From positions 50,496 to 114,495 of the forward strand of contig JBOEGF010000021.1 in NCBI GenBank assembly GCA_050633305.1: a DNA stretch of 64,000 bases, written 5' to 3'. Shown piece by piece: positions 1-8,547 of the stretch (positions are counted from its first letter, which is position 1; each line of letters begins with the position of its first letter). The translations under genes were made by a program, and so were the position numbers. The notes beneath the pieces are model-generated. The model was not told where the DNA came from. It searched no databases and saw nothing but the letters and a program-made list of their open reading frames with translations. This stretch comes from Nannocystales bacterium. Its GTDB lineage: Bacteria > Myxococcota_A > Polyangia > Nannocystales > Nannocystaceae.

Positions 1-1155
1 CTACGGGCGGTCAGGCCAGGCGAGGTGGAGGGCGCCGTCCTGAGTCGACAGCTCGATGTCGTGGCGGTCGGCGAGGCCTCGAAGTGCTTCCATCCGCGCT
101 GTTTCGTCGCCGCGCCTCGGGCTCGGGGGCGTGGTGCTGATCCGGACGACCAAGTTGGGTTCTCTGCCCAGCCATACTTCCACGCTGCCGCCGTCACGCT
201 CGACTCTGTCGACGGCGTCGTCGACACCGAGCTGGATCAGGCTCTGGAAGACCCCTTCGGGGATGAGCTCGGTCCCGACCCCAGCTCCGTTTCGCACCCG
301 TAGCAGCACCCGGTTTGGAGTCCATTGCTCGACATCTCGGACGATGTCTCGCGCGACGGTGACCACCTCGGTCTCTGTCGCCGCCTCGTCCCCGTCGAGG
401 GTCGCGGCTTTGAGGCGATTCGCCAGCCCGACACAACGCCATGCGGCGCGTTCGAGTTCCGTTCCCCCTCCGGATGAAGATGCCAGCGTTGCCTGCCCCA
501 GCAGTCCCGCGAGTGCCTTGTCGAGGTCCGAGCTGACTGCAAGCGCCACATCGCGACCGTCGACCCCAGCCTGCACCTCGCGATGGATTCCAAAGGCTCT
601 TTGAGGACGGCCGTCCTTGTCCCGGGCTACAATGCGTCCGCAGTCGACCACGTGGGCCCAGCCGCCCTCCTTGCGACGCAACCGGACGTGAACGCGGTAG
701 TGATCGGTGCGTCCTTCGAGGTAGTCGTCCAACGCTTTGCGGGCTCGGGGGAGGTCGTCTTTATGGACCAGCGTGCCCCACTGCGAGAGTGTTGAGGTGA
801 TCTCGCCCTCGTCGTAGCCAAGCATGGTGGCGCACGCGGTGTCGTAGACGAGGTTTCCCGAGCGAAGGTCGTAGTCCCAGACGCCATCGCCCGATTCTCC
901 GATGAGTTCCGCGACATCTCGCTGGGCCAGAACGTCGGTCTCCTCGGTTGTGGAACCGCGTAGCGGGTGGGTCGCGAATCCGGCAGCGGCAGCGGTGAGC
1001 AGCGAGGAGCCGACGAGAACGACGCTCGACCAACCCGCCGCTCCACCCGGCGCCGCGAACAACCCCGCCGCAGCGAGGCCCAGAGCACAAGCGCCAAGAC
1101 CCACGACCGTCGTGTGTCGCGGCGGCGAAATGACTCGGGTCAAACTCCGTTCCAT
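1..1155 (-). CDS. Membrane-anchored PAS-domain protein with degenerate histidine-kinase-like C-terminus
   Basis: Two N-terminal hydrophobic segments; clear PAS/PAC (GVWDYDLRSG...LVHKDDL...RLRRKEGGWAHVVDCGRIVARDKDGRPQRAFGIHREV); the H-box-like segment VSSDLDKALAGLLG lacks His. Stop codon (TAG) at 1-3. Confidence 0.75.
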   Translation of the reverse strand: MERSLTRVISPPRHTTVVGLGACALGLAAAGLFAAPGGAAGWSSVVLVGSSLLTAAAAGFATHPLRGSTTEETDVLAQRDVAELIGESGDGVWDYDLRSGNLVYDTACATMLGYDEGEITSTLSQWGTLVHKDDLPRARKALDDYLEGRTDHYRVHVRLRRKEGGWAHVVDCGRIVARDKDGRPQRAFGIHREVQAGVDGRDVALAVSSDLDKALAGLLGQATLASSSGGGTELERAAWRCVGLANRLKAATLDGDEAATETEVVTVARDIVRDVEQWTPNRVLLRVRNGAGVGTELIPEGVFQSLIQLGVDDAVDRVERDGGSVEVWLGREPNLVVRISTTPPSPRRGDETARMEALRGLADRHDIELSTQDGALHLAWPDRP

Positions 1156-1169
1156 CGAGGGAGAACCTA

Positions 1170-1555
1170 TCAGCTAGGTGCAATGCACATGCCGCTCTTC
1201 CGCACTTGTCCCTGTTTGGAACCATCAGCGCGCGCGATTCGACGCAGCTGACTTCTGTGTATGCGCGGTAACGTCCGTGCGGGACAGGGATCGGGGCTTC
1301 CGAACAGGGCCGTGGCGGTGAACGAGGAGCGGCTCACGGGCCGCCCCCTCGCGAGCTTGCCCGCCGCGACCGCAGCGTCGACGAGCTGTTCCGCCGTTGC
1401 GATCTTCTTGGCGTTGCGGCGCACCTTGGGCACATGGTCGCGCCAGCGTAGCGGCATGTCCTCCGCGGTCACGTTGTCGAGCCAGTTCGCAGGCGCACGA
1501 GCCTCCTGCACGCGACCCGCGCTGGAGGCGTCGCCGGGGTGCCGAGGTTTTTGCA
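1170..1555 (-). pseudogene. Possible small hypothetical ORF or gene remnant
   Basis: The segment ANWLDNVTAEDMPLRWRDHVPKVRRNAKKIATAEQLVDAAVAAGKL has GC3-rich, coding-like codons. No family recognised; boundaries uncertain. Confidence 0.25.
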
Positions 1556-1745
1556 CGCGCCGGCCCGCCCGATGAAGGAGCAGACCCTGCGGCGGACCGG
1601 GCGCCCCTGGGCACGGCGAGAGGTGGGACCAACGACAGCAACCGTCCCTCGCTCGGCGTCGCACCTGCTTCCGAAGTGGCGTGCCCCGTGTGACTCTTCG
1701 AGCCCCGCCGCACACGAACCCCAGCGGGAGCTCCAAGGACCAGAC

Positions 1746-2354
1746 ATGAACAAGCCCAAGCTCATCTACTTCGATTTCCCTGGCGGTCGAGGCGAAGACT
1801 GCCGCCTCGCGCTTCATGTGGCGGGCGTCGACTTCGAGGATGATCGGGTTGCGTTCGCGGCGTGGAAGGGCCGCAAAGCGAGTGCCCCCTTCGGTGCCCT
1901 CCCTGTGTTCGAGCTTCCGGGGAAGGGGATGGTTGGAGGGTCGAACGCGATTCTCCGGTTGATCGGCTCCGGCCACGACTTACACCCGACGGACCCGGTG
2001 ACCGCGGCACAGCACGAGGCCGTCATGAGCTCCGTCGAGGACGTCCGTGCACGGGTGAATCCCAACCCGGCCATCGAGGATGAGGCGGAGAAGAAGGCGT
2101 TCCGAGAAGCGCTCGCCGACGGGTATCTCCGTACGTGGGCGGCCAACGTGGAGGCCCAGATCCAGGGTCCGTTCCTCGGCGGGGACAAGCTTCAGGTCGT
2201 GGACCTCAAGCTGCGGACGTTGGTCACCTGGTTTTGCCGTGGTGGCGTTGACCACGTCTCCAAGGACGTCTTCTCCGAGTTCCCCAAACTCACCGCGTTG
2301 GTCGAAGCGGTTCAGAACCACCCCCGCGTGGTCGACTGGTACTCCCGCGGCTAA
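1746..2354 (+). CDS. Glutathione S-transferase family protein
   Basis: MNKPKLIYFDFPGGRGEDCRLAL, PFGALPV, SNAILRLIG, GDKLQVVDL and FPKLTALVEAV motifs; AAGGA upstream of ATG 1746. Confidence 0.9.
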   Translation: MNKPKLIYFDFPGGRGEDCRLALHVAGVDFEDDRVAFAAWKGRKASAPFGALPVFELPGKGMVGGSNAILRLIGSGHDLHPTDPVTAAQHEAVMSSVEDVRARVNPNPAIEDEAEKKAFREALADGYLRTWAANVEAQIQGPFLGGDKLQVVDLKLRTLVTWFCRGGVDHVSKDVFSEFPKLTALVEAVQNHPRVVDWYSRG

Positions 2355-2374
2355 AGCGGCGCGCCGAAGCGCTC

Positions 2375-3169
2375 CTACACCGTCGGTGGCTTGATGAGCG
2401 GGGCAGAGCTCGCGCCGGGGAGCGGAGCCCCGAACCCCGCTTGAGTCTGTAACGCGCCACTGGCCAGTGCTCGTCGGACCGCCGCCTCGACCACGGGCGC
2501 GTGGTCAGCGTCCAGGGCGTAGATACTCACCTCGATCGTGTTTCGCTCTCGCCGTTCGACCTTCGGCTCATGCACGACCGAGGCCCAGTGGCACCGCATC
2601 GCGGAGCGTACGACGTGGCGCTTGAGGGCGACGAAGTCGACACCCTGAGGTTGCTCGACGGCGAATGCGTGCACGTGCGCGCCGGAGACGCTCTGGGTCC
2701 GCCGCAGGGTCTCGCGGCTGATCTTGCCGTACGGGATCACGGCTTCGTCCCCCTCGGGCGTTTGCACGACCAAAGAACGGGCCCCGACATCCAGCACCCG
2801 GCCTTCGACATCACCGACACGCACGTGATCACCAACGCGGCACAGCCGCCCGAAGCGAAAGGCGACGCCGTTGATCAGGTCGTACAACGAGGACCACGAG
2901 AACACGACGAGCGTCCCGATCAGCGAGACCAGGACCGCTGCGAAAGCGGGCTCTCGGGCGAGGAGGGCAGCGAGGCCTGAGGCGATGTACGCCACGAGGA
3001 GCGTGAGCCCCAGGACCGGCGCAAAACGCTGCAGGCCGTCGCGGACCCGCGCAGGCGCTGGCACCACCCGAAACAGGAAGGCGATCAGCTGCAGCACGGC
3101 GATGAGCGCCACCGCGCCCAGCGTCAAGAAGGTGAGGTCTACGATCGACCGGAAGAGATACTCCGTCAT
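2375..3169 (-). CDS. MscS-family mechanosensitive channel domain protein
   Basis: Three TM helices followed by the MscS beta-domain pattern VGDHVRVGDVEGRVLDVGARSLVVQTPEGDEAVIPYGKI; ATGA overlap with the upstream transporter gene. Confidence 0.85.
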   Translation of the reverse strand: MTEYLFRSIVDLTFLTLGAVALIAVLQLIAFLFRVVPAPARVRDGLQRFAPVLGLTLLVAYIASGLAALLAREPAFAAVLVSLIGTLVVFSWSSLYDLINGVAFRFGRLCRVGDHVRVGDVEGRVLDVGARSLVVQTPEGDEAVIPYGKISRETLRRTQSVSGAHVHAFAVEQPQGVDFVALKRHVVRSAMRCHWASVVHEPKVERRERNTIEVSIYALDADHAPVVEAAVRRALASGALQTQAGFGAPLPGASSAPLIKPPTV

Positions 3170-6100
3170 CCCAACATCCCCTGACTGCGGAGGCTATCCG
3201 TCACCAAGTGAGCAACGAATCGGTCCACGTGAAGAACGTCCCTGGCATCGCGGCGAACCAGACCCATCCGTGACAAGGCGGATATGTCCACCTCGAGGTC
3301 GTCTGAGGAAACCGAGGTAATGCGCTGGAGTCGGCGCATCGTCACCTGCTTGTGCACCACGAGCTGGACCAGCAGCGCACTGAGCTCCACCCGAAGCTGT
3401 TCGATCGTCTCTGCACGCGGTCGAGTTGGCCAGCGCATGATCAGCGTGTTGGCGTCCACCTTGTCGATGTGGGAGAGCCACGCCCGGAGTGCGACTGCGA
3501 CAAGCCCGCCCGAAAAGTCGAAGTAGCGGGTGAACAGTCTCGCCTGTCGCCAGGGGGCGAGTTCCTCTTCGGGGGTGCCCGCGAGCTCGAAGTTGATCCC
3601 CGTGGATCCGTGTCGCAGGGAGATGATCGACTTGAGGGTTTCGGCCGGCAACGGGTCACACTCGACCACCGCCAACGCGGACTCGCTGAGGCGGGCAAAG
3701 CTGCTCATGAAGCGCCACGCGTGCACGTTGAGGTTTGCGACAAACAGGCAGCGGTCGCCGTGTTTTCCGAGCAGGCGGATGAACTCCTCCATCAAGGCCA
3801 TGCCTCGGGGGCTGCGCTCCCACCACATCTCCAGGTCGTCGAACACGAACACCGAGCCATCGGGCACCTTGCTCAGTAGCTCATCGGGTTTGCCGCGGTC
3901 TCCAACCTCCGCTTCGAGCGCAACGCGCAAGGCCGCGGGCTCGATGGCGCCCCCAGGAGGTGGGCTCACACGGAAGACCTTGCGGCGCGCGAGGAACTTG
4001 GTGGTGAGAACGTGGCACAGCGCGGTCTTTCCTGCGCCCGTCTCGCCCACGACGAACAATGCTCCCTGTCCGCCGTTCTCGTGACGCTTGATCGCGGCCT
4101 TGATGCGGGCGAGTTCGGCTTGGCGTCCGACCCAGAAGGTCTCGCTGATGGTGGCCTGGCCCGAGAACAACTGCCGATAGTAGAAGGGGAGCGCGCGCAG
4201 CAAGTCCCGGCGAGGGGTCAGGTTCTGAGCGAGCTCCGCGATGCGGTCGACGACGGTGGTGCCGGTTCCGGTTGCGGTGCGCCGGAGCCGACGCGCCAGC
4301 AAGACCCCGGTGCTGCGTCGATACAGCAACGCGACGAAGGTCTGGCGGGCATAACCCGCCGCGCTGGAGACGACGCGCCGCACCCGAGAGACAGCCTTGT
4401 GGCTCTCTCGGCTTCGGATGTAGTGCGAGAGGCTGTCGGAGCGGTTGGTCAACGCATATGGAGCCGTCTCGTCCCGCAGCGTCCCCAGTTGTTCCGCGAC
4501 TCGGGACGAGAACGTCTCAGACGCGTTACGCAGCACTCCCAGCTCGGTGTCGAGACGTCGGGCGCCTTCCCTGGCCACGGCGACCACCTGCTTGCGGAAG
4601 TCTTGGTTCTCCCACCCGCCGGCGGCTTCCATGTCGCCGATCGTGAAACTCAGCAGGCGTGTCACATCTCGAGCCACCCCAACCGTGCGTTGCTCTTGTA
4701 GTGGCAGACCCGAGATCTCCTGGTTCACCACGTCGAGAAACTCGGTCTCGATCAGATACTTGACCAGAGGCCGCACCGAGACGGTGACTTCGTCCGCTTC
4801 CATCGAGACGCCGCTCTCCAGCGCGGCGATCGACTCGTCGCTGAGCGTGGTGGCGGACTCCGGGAGGTCCTCGATGCAGCCGTCGATGTCGCGCGCGATG
4901 GTCTCGAGTACGGCCTGTCCATCGAAGGACGCACGCAGCTCTCGCTCCTGCGGAAGCTTCGGGGCTCGTCCCGCTTGGGCTTCGCGAATGAACGCGCCGA
5001 TGGTCTCGTGGATGTGGACGCCGTCGTTGAGGACGGACGACTTGATGCCCTGTGTGACCTCCGTGCGGGCGCGATGCGCCAGCGCAGAGAACCGGTGCTG
5101 GAAGGCGGCGATCTGCAGGCCCAGATGCGCGCGCTGCAGGAGAAGCCGCTGGTGATCCTCCCACGGTTCGGCGCTGAGGCGGAGCGACGCCAGCTGAGCA
5201 GGAGCCTTTCGGGTACGGCGACGCTCGGTGCGAACCAGGTGCTTTACGTCGACCCGCTTGAGGTCGTCGGCGAAGGCTTGGCTCATGTTGTGGACGCGCC
5301 TCGCGAGGCGGACCCCGGTACCCTCTGCCAGATCCTGCGCCAACGTGATGGCGGCATCGACATGCGAGAGGAGCCGTTGCTTGCGAGCCTCGATCAGAGC
5401 GGGATCGGCCTCGCGACGTTCGATCTTCGCGGCGAGGGCACTGAGCTCGGTCGCCGCTTCGTTGAGGATCTTGCCCAGCTGGACGGCCAGGCGGTGGCTG
5501 CTGGACTGCACGCTGCGTAGCCACTGTTCCAGCAGGTCGGCGGCACTGACGTAGACGTACCAGGACTGCAGGGACGCCAGAGGCACGGTGTAGCTGGGTG
5601 CGCCGCGACGAACGGCGGCCCAGAAGCGGCGGCGACGCTTGAATGCTCGCACCGGACGGGAATCCCGAGAGGTTGGTGCGAACGCGTCGGGCTCGGCGGT
5701 GATGTCGAGTCGCGCGGGGGCGTCGGAGGCGAGTTTCCCCAGCCCCTCGACAAAGGCGTTGAGTGTGGACTGCAGGCTCTTGGCTTGGCTTGGAAGCGTC
5801 TCCTCTTCGTACGCGGCTACGAGCTTCCGCGCCTGAAACAGGAACCCGCCTTGGGCCCGCCCGGCGGGCTTCCGTGCGCGCGCGGGGTCAGCCTCTTCCA
5901 GCCCCTTCCGCACGATCTCAAACTGACGCTCGAGCAGGTTGCGAACGTCTCCCAGCAACGATTCGTGCCGCGCGAGCACGGGGGCGAATCCCTCCTGGAA
6001 CAGGTCGTCGGAGAGCTTGGTGTACGACTCCGCGAACGCGGCCGCGGGGGCCTCGAGTGCGGGGTTCTCTGGCAGCTTGAGGACACGGAGCTCGGTGAGA

Positions 6101-8289
6101 CTGGCTTGCGCTCGCTCCTGGGCTCCCGCCGCCGCGCCCCCGTGGCCTGCGACCGGGAGAACCTCGACGAAGAGCGACGAGCCCTGGACGAGGAGCGTCG
6201 TCCCCAGTCCAGCGAGCAGCTCGTCGAGGTGGGTGAGTGCCTTGCTGTCGAAGCGCCGCAGCGGCGGCAACCCGAGAACAACCAAATCCGCGTCGCCCGA
6301 CTCTTGGCGGATCGTGCTCTCGAACCCGTGCGCTTGCGAGGGGCTCGCAACAACCTTCACCTTGGCTTCGACCCGGGCGTCTGCCAGCACCCCGCGCATG
6401 GCGTGCAGCAAGTCGTCGCTCAACGAGGTGTCCTCGGAGACGAGCAGGAAGCGGAGCTTGGCGCCCTGCCATTGCTCGAACCTGGTTAGGAAGCGCATCA
6501 GCGAGAGGCTGAGCGCGACGTTGCCCTGTTGCGGACGCCACCAGATGTCGACGCGTTCTCGCTTGCCCCACGACCGTTCTCGGTCGTAGTGCAACATGAC
6601 CAGGTTGAAGTCCTGCTTGACCGTGTCCTTGACCAGGTCGACGAATCGGTCGGTGTTTTTGCGGTCGACGTCCCAGTCCAGGAGGACCGTGTTCGGGTCG
6701 AGTCCGGTGAAACCGTGGTGCCGACACGCTGCGGATACCGTGTCGTAGAAGTCGGTGCTGACGGTGCGACGCCGGAACACGCCCACCTGAGCTTCATCCT
6801 CATCGATGGAGGCTGCGGCCTCTTGTTTCGTGTTGACGAGCTCGAAGTCCGTGAGCAGGCCGCTTCCGGTGATCAGCGCCCGGGAGAGGTCGAGCAGCTC
6901 GGGGCGCGACTCGCTCCCCATCTGGCTGAACAGCAGCACGTTGGGTCGCCAGTTTCGGCGCTGCCCTCGTCCTTGGCTGAGGCGATGCAGACCCGCCCGC
7001 ACGATCGATGACCAGATGCCCTCCCAGGTGTCGCCTGCGTCGAGCGTGAGCTGCCTCCGCTTCAAGAACAGGAACAGCCCCGAGAGTAGAATCGTCGCCC
7101 CCGCCATCGCGGCGAAGTCGAGCTGGATCATCACGATGATGCAGGTGACCGCACCGAGCACGCTCACCAGCCGCGGGATTCTGAACTGGGGGCGGAAGTC
7201 GGGGCTTGCCCAGCTCTCGATCGCCGAGCTGATGTTGAGGAAACCGTATGTCGCCAGGAAGACCATCGACACGATGCGCGCGATCGCGTCGAGTTCGGCG
7301 ATGAGAATGCCGCCCTCCGCGATCGCGAACGCCAGCAGGAGGGCGTTGCGCGGTTCGTTGTTCTTCCCGTGCCCCTTGCCGAACCACCGAGGTGTGATCG
7401 AGTCGATCGAAAGCGCTTGGAGAATGCGCGGCGCCCCGAGAATGCTGCCCAGCGCTGAGGACAGCGTCGCGCCCCAGATCCCCGCGGTGACGAAGGCGGG
7501 GACCAAGGAAATCTCCGCGAGGACGTTCGTGTTCGCAAGCTGGGCCGGGTCGACGCGGTAGGCGAGGAAGACCGCCAGCGCGACGTAGACGATGAGTCCG
7601 ACCGCGATCGCGGCCAGCGTTCCGCCGGGGATCGAGCGCTTGGGATCCTTGAGGTCGCCCGACATGTTCACCCCGGCGGTGAAGCCTGTGACCGCCGGGA
7701 AGAAGATTCCGAAGATTACGCCAAGGCTTGGGGCGTTGGGGGCGACGTCGAAGTGACCGGAGGCAGGCACGGGGGAGGAGCCCCCCAGGAACACCGAGAC
7801 CAGCGACAGCGCGATGAGTACCAAGATGAGGTACTGCGTCTTGATCGCGAAGGACGTCGAGATCAGGGTCACGAGCGTCAACGCAATGACCGTGACCGTT
7901 CCCGCAACGCGAACGTTCGCGGGAGTGACGTCCATGTCGATGAACGCCAGGAAGCTTTCGCAGAAGCCGATCACGTAGAGGCTGATCGAGAACGCCAACC
8001 CGACGAACAGCGCCAGGCCCAACGTGCCGCCGATCGGCAGTCCTAGGCTGCGAGAGACGATGTAGTAGGGCCCGCCAGCGCCGACGTTTTTGTCCGTCGC
8101 GATCGAGGAAATGCTCAGCCCCGTGGTGACCGAGATGACGTGAGCCACCGCGATGACGCCCAGCGCCATCCAGAGCCCGCCGTTCCCCACGACCCACGGC
8201 AAGCGCAGGTACATGATCACGCCAAGGATGGTGAGGATCGATGGCGTGAAGACGCCGCCGAACGTTCCGAACTTGCCGTCTTTGCTCAT
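3166..8289 (-). CDS. Cation-chloride cotransporter (SLC12/CCC, amino acid permease superfamily) fused to a helical region and a C-terminal P-loop NTPase
   Basis: TM1 FGTFGGVFTPSILTILGVIMYLRLPWVVG, TM6 FFPAVTGFTAGVNMSGDLKDP, cytoplasmic RNWRPNVL and VDIWW motifs; Walker A GETGAGKT and Walker B VFVFDDLE near the C-terminus. Start taken at MSKDGK (8289). Confidence 0.9.
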   Translation of the reverse strand: MSKDGKFGTFGGVFTPSILTILGVIMYLRLPWVVGNGGLWMALGVIAVAHVISVTTGLSISSIATDKNVGAGGPYYIVSRSLGLPIGGTLGLALFVGLAFSISLYVIGFCESFLAFIDMDVTPANVRVAGTVTVIALTLVTLISTSFAIKTQYLILVLIALSLVSVFLGGSSPVPASGHFDVAPNAPSLGVIFGIFFPAVTGFTAGVNMSGDLKDPKRSIPGGTLAAIAVGLIVYVALAVFLAYRVDPAQLANTNVLAEISLVPAFVTAGIWGATLSSALGSILGAPRILQALSIDSITPRWFGKGHGKNNEPRNALLLAFAIAEGGILIAELDAIARIVSMVFLATYGFLNISSAIESWASPDFRPQFRIPRLVSVLGAVTCIIVMIQLDFAAMAGATILLSGLFLFLKRRQLTLDAGDTWEGIWSSIVRAGLHRLSQGRGQRRNWRPNVLLFSQMGSESRPELLDLSRALITGSGLLTDFELVNTKQEAAASIDEDEAQVGVFRRRTVSTDFYDTVSAACRHHGFTGLDPNTVLLDWDVDRKNTDRFVDLVKDTVKQDFNLVMLHYDRERSWGKRERVDIWWRPQQGNVALSLSLMRFLTRFEQWQGAKLRFLLVSEDTSLSDDLLHAMRGVLADARVEAKVKVVASPSQAHGFESTIRQESGDADLVVLGLPPLRRFDSKALTHLDELLAGLGTTLLVQGSSLFVEVLPVAGHGGAAAGAQERAQASLTELRVLKLPENPALEAPAAAFAESYTKLSDDLFQEGFAPVLARHESLLGDVRNLLERQFEIVRKGLEEADPARARKPAGRAQGGFLFQARKLVAAYEEETLPSQAKSLQSTLNAFVEGLGKLASDAPARLDITAEPDAFAPTSRDSRPVRAFKRRRRFWAAVRRGAPSYTVPLASLQSWYVYVSAADLLEQWLRSVQSSSHRLAVQLGKILNEAATELSALAAKIERREADPALIEARKQRLLSHVDAAITLAQDLAEGTGVRLARRVHNMSQAFADDLKRVDVKHLVRTERRRTRKAPAQLASLRLSAEPWEDHQRLLLQRAHLGLQIAAFQHRFSALAHRARTEVTQGIKSSVLNDGVHIHETIGAFIREAQAGRAPKLPQERELRASFDGQAVLETIARDIDGCIEDLPESATTLSDESIAALESGVSMEADEVTVSVRPLVKYLIETEFLDVVNQEISGLPLQEQRTVGVARDVTRLLSFTIGDMEAAGGWENQDFRKQVVAVAREGARRLDTELGVLRNASETFSSRVAEQLGTLRDETAPYALTNRSDSLSHYIRSRESHKAVSRVRRVVSSAAGYARQTFVALLYRRSTGVLLARRLRRTATGTGTTVVDRIAELAQNLTPRRDLLRALPFYYRQLFSGQATISETFWVGRQAELARIKAAIKRHENGGQGALFVVGETGAGKTALCHVLTTKFLARRKVFRVSPPPGGAIEPAALRVALEAEVGDRGKPDELLSKVPDGSVFVFDDLEMWWERSPRGMALMEEFIRLLGKHGDRCLFVANLNVHAWRFMSSFARLSESALAVVECDPLPAETLKSIISLRHGSTGINFELAGTPEEELAPWRQARLFTRYFDFSGGLVAVALRAWLSHIDKVDANTLIMRWPTRPRAETIEQLRVELSALLVQLVVHKQVTMRRLQRITSVSSDDLEVDISALSRMGLVRRDARDVLHVDRFVAHLVTDSLRSQGMLG

Positions 8290-8547
8290 GAGCGCCCGGG
8301 CTCCCGGGGCCCTAGAAGTGTGCCTCAGAGGGCGTGTAGGCGGGGGGAGGACCACCGCCGCCTGGGCAGTCGCTCAGCATGCGCAGGTGTGACCAACCCC
8401 CCGACCAGAACTGATGGCTCCGTGCTGGCGACTACGATGAGTACGCTCCAGCGACACGCCGACCGTTCCCATTGGAGCCGGTGGCCGGTTCCCCGCGAAC
8501 CGCTCTCGACCGGACGACGTGCGAGTGGGCTTGCGTCGGCGCGGGGC

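Noticed and set aside
3166..4300. P-loop NTPase as a STAND-type anti-phage (Avs-like) system
   Set aside because: No nuclease, TIR or SIR2 effector, no TPR sensor and no defence-island context; the fused partner is an intact transporter.
8411..8421. CTGATGGCTCC, resembling the 3' part of a fluoride riboswitch, upstream of an anion transporter
   Set aside because: It is on the wrong strand for the transporter gene and the matching 5' element is not evident.
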